This document shows, one piece after another, positions 62,800-64,000 of a stretch of 64,000 bases of DNA (positions are counted from its first letter, which is position 1; every line of letters begins with the position of its first letter). The notes beneath the pieces are model-generated. The model worked only from the letters and a program-made list of their open reading frames with translations, did no database searches and was not told the DNA's origin. The DNA lies in sequence record PP885688.1; one strand, given 5' to 3'. The translations under genes were made by a program, and so were the position numbers.

Positions 62800-62831
62800 A
62801 TATTCACCCTCGGAGCCTCCGCTTGGGTATT
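62800..62831 (+). promoter_or_regulatory. Class B promoter-like motif (ATATTC-N19-GGGTATT)
   Basis: Conserved; ATG follows 7 nt later. Confidence 0.75.
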
Positions 62832-62838
62832 ACCCCAC

Positions 62839-63570
62839 ATGGACAAGATTGAACACAAATGGCCAGAGAGTCTGATGATCATTCGCCATGGTCAGTCAGA
62901 GCGCAACGTAGCCAAGGATGCGGCGGTCGCAGCAGGCGGAAAGCTCTCCTATGCGGACACAGTTCGTGATCAGGACACTCCTCTCACAGAGATGGGTATG
63001 GCTCAGGCTCTTCACGTAGGAGTGCACCTTCGGAGTGCGCAAGACCATAACAAGTTCGACACCATCTTCGTGTCTCCCTACCTACGCACCCGCCAGACGA
63101 CAGAACAGATCGTGCGTGGCCTCGACTACAGCCCCGAGATCGTCATCGAAGAGCGGATCCGCGAGATCGAGTTCGGCATCCTCGACGGCCTGCCGCCAGA
63201 AGGCATCAAGGCGAAATATCCGGAGGAGGTCGCGCGTCGGCAGAAGGAAGGGAAGTACTGGTACCGCGCACCCGGCGGCGAGTCCCGTCCCGACGTTGCT
63301 CTTCGTGTTCAGAGTTTCCTCGGCACACTTACTCGTGACTACGTCGACAAGCGGGTGGCGGTTGTATGTCACAGCGTCGTGGTGTTGGTTTTCCGCCGCC
63401 TGCTGGAGCGCTGGGGTGAACAGGAGTACCTCAAGGTCGACCGTGAAGATGACGTCAAGAACTGCTCGATGACGCGCTACTCGGTGAACAACATGACTGG
63501 CAAGCTGAATCTCCGGGTCTACAACGCGACGCTGACTCCCGACGGCAAGATCGAGGCCCCACGTGTCTAG
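62839..63570 (+). CDS. Histidine phosphatase superfamily protein (phosphoglycerate-mutase-like), probably leaderless
   Basis: IIRHGQS, SPYLRTRQT, REIEFG, GGES, VVCHS. Confidence 0.9.
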   Translation: MDKIEHKWPESLMIIRHGQSERNVAKDAAVAAGGKLSYADTVRDQDTPLTEMGMAQALHVGVHLRSAQDHNKFDTIFVSPYLRTRQTTEQIVRGLDYSPEIVIEERIREIEFGILDGLPPEGIKAKYPEEVARRQKEGKYWYRAPGGESRPDVALRVQSFLGTLTRDYVDKRVAVVCHSVVVLVFRRLLERWGEQEYLKVDREDDVKNCSMTRYSVNNMTGKLNLRVYNATLTPDGKIEAPRV

Positions 63571-63904
63571 GATCCTCGCCCTCGCGTTCTTACTATGCAC
63601 CTCAGTCGCATTCTCCAGCTCTACGACAACGCTGAAGCGCCATGACGGTCCAGCACCGAAGGAGACATGCGAGGAGCACGTCCGCAGCACACGCCACACG
63701 TACCTGGATGCGGCGAAGGTTGCTGGTAAGGGATCTTATGCGAAGAGTTTGAGGAAGTCGTACAAGAGGCTCCTCGACGATCGCCGGGTGGCCCTCAACT
63801 GCACCTTTCCGAAGTATGTGGAAGCGTACGACTTGGATCTTGCCACTGTTGAGTTACAGCGGCGGTACACAATCGCCAACATGGAGAAAGCAGGCAACCA
63901 ATGA
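63563..63904 (+). CDS. Hypothetical secreted protein (113 aa)
   Basis: Signal-peptide-like N-terminus; coupled start. Confidence 0.65.
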   Translation: MSRILALAFLLCTSVAFSSSTTTLKRHDGPAPKETCEEHVRSTRHTYLDAAKVAGKGSYAKSLRKSYKRLLDDRRVALNCTFPKYVEAYDLDLATVELQRRYTIANMEKAGNQ

Positions 63905-64000
63905 AGTGGGTTCTTCTCTTTCGCTGCCTAAAGTTCCTCATCTGCCAACACCTCGAACCTGAAGTGCGGGCCAAGATCTACCAGGGCAGCGGCCCGGCGC
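63901..64000 (+). CDS. Partial hypothetical ORF running off the window
   Basis: ATGA coupling; MKWVLLFRC... Confidence 0.45.
   Translation, partial: MKWVLLFRCLKFLICQHLEPEVRAKIYQGSGPA

Noticed and set aside
1-64000. CRISPR array, reverse transcriptase/DGR, transposase, tmRNA, RNase P, group I intron, stop-codon reassignment
   Set aside because: No repeat-spacer array or diagnostic motifs were seen; TAG, TGA and TAA all terminate well-defined genes and no suppressor anticodon was found.

Overview
A 64-kb segment of a large (jumbo-type) tailed dsDNA phage with GC-rich coding DNA and standard code 11 (TAG is used as a stop). 1-26.4 kb is a minus-strand virion/tail block: a giant Ig-repeat protein, fibres, a lysis module, baseplate spike/hub, tape measure and chaperone-like genes. 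A repeat-containing AT-rich gap (candidate origin) precedes plus-strand replication and nucleotide genes (wHTH initiator, DnaC-like ATPase, B12-type RNR, deoxyribosyltransferase, SNF2). Then come a JAB protein, a 1494-aa polyvalent effector protein, a minus-strand block of small early-type genes, two tRNA arrays (27 tRNA or tRNA-like genes read by eye) with a CCA-adding enzyme, RtcB and other RNA-repair-associated domains, and a glycosyltransferase/pyruvyltransferase pair. Top finding: each tRNA array is preceded by a short leader ORF plus competing antiterminator/terminator hairpins, and each leader is enriched in codons for the amino acids of its own downstream tRNAs. Leader 1 has 15 consecutive Leu/Cys/Ser/Tyr codons ahead of the Leu/Cys/Tyr/Ser tRNAs. 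This suggests ribosome-mediated attenuation of phage tRNA arrays, next to tRNA-repair enzymes. Also found: two bipartite non-sigma70 promoter-like classes (6 and 10 copies), several non-canonical tRNA-like RNAs, candidate structured ncRNAs, and a K-x-A motif at the domain junctions of the polyvalent protein. All assignments are from manual motif reading; no searches or folding were run.
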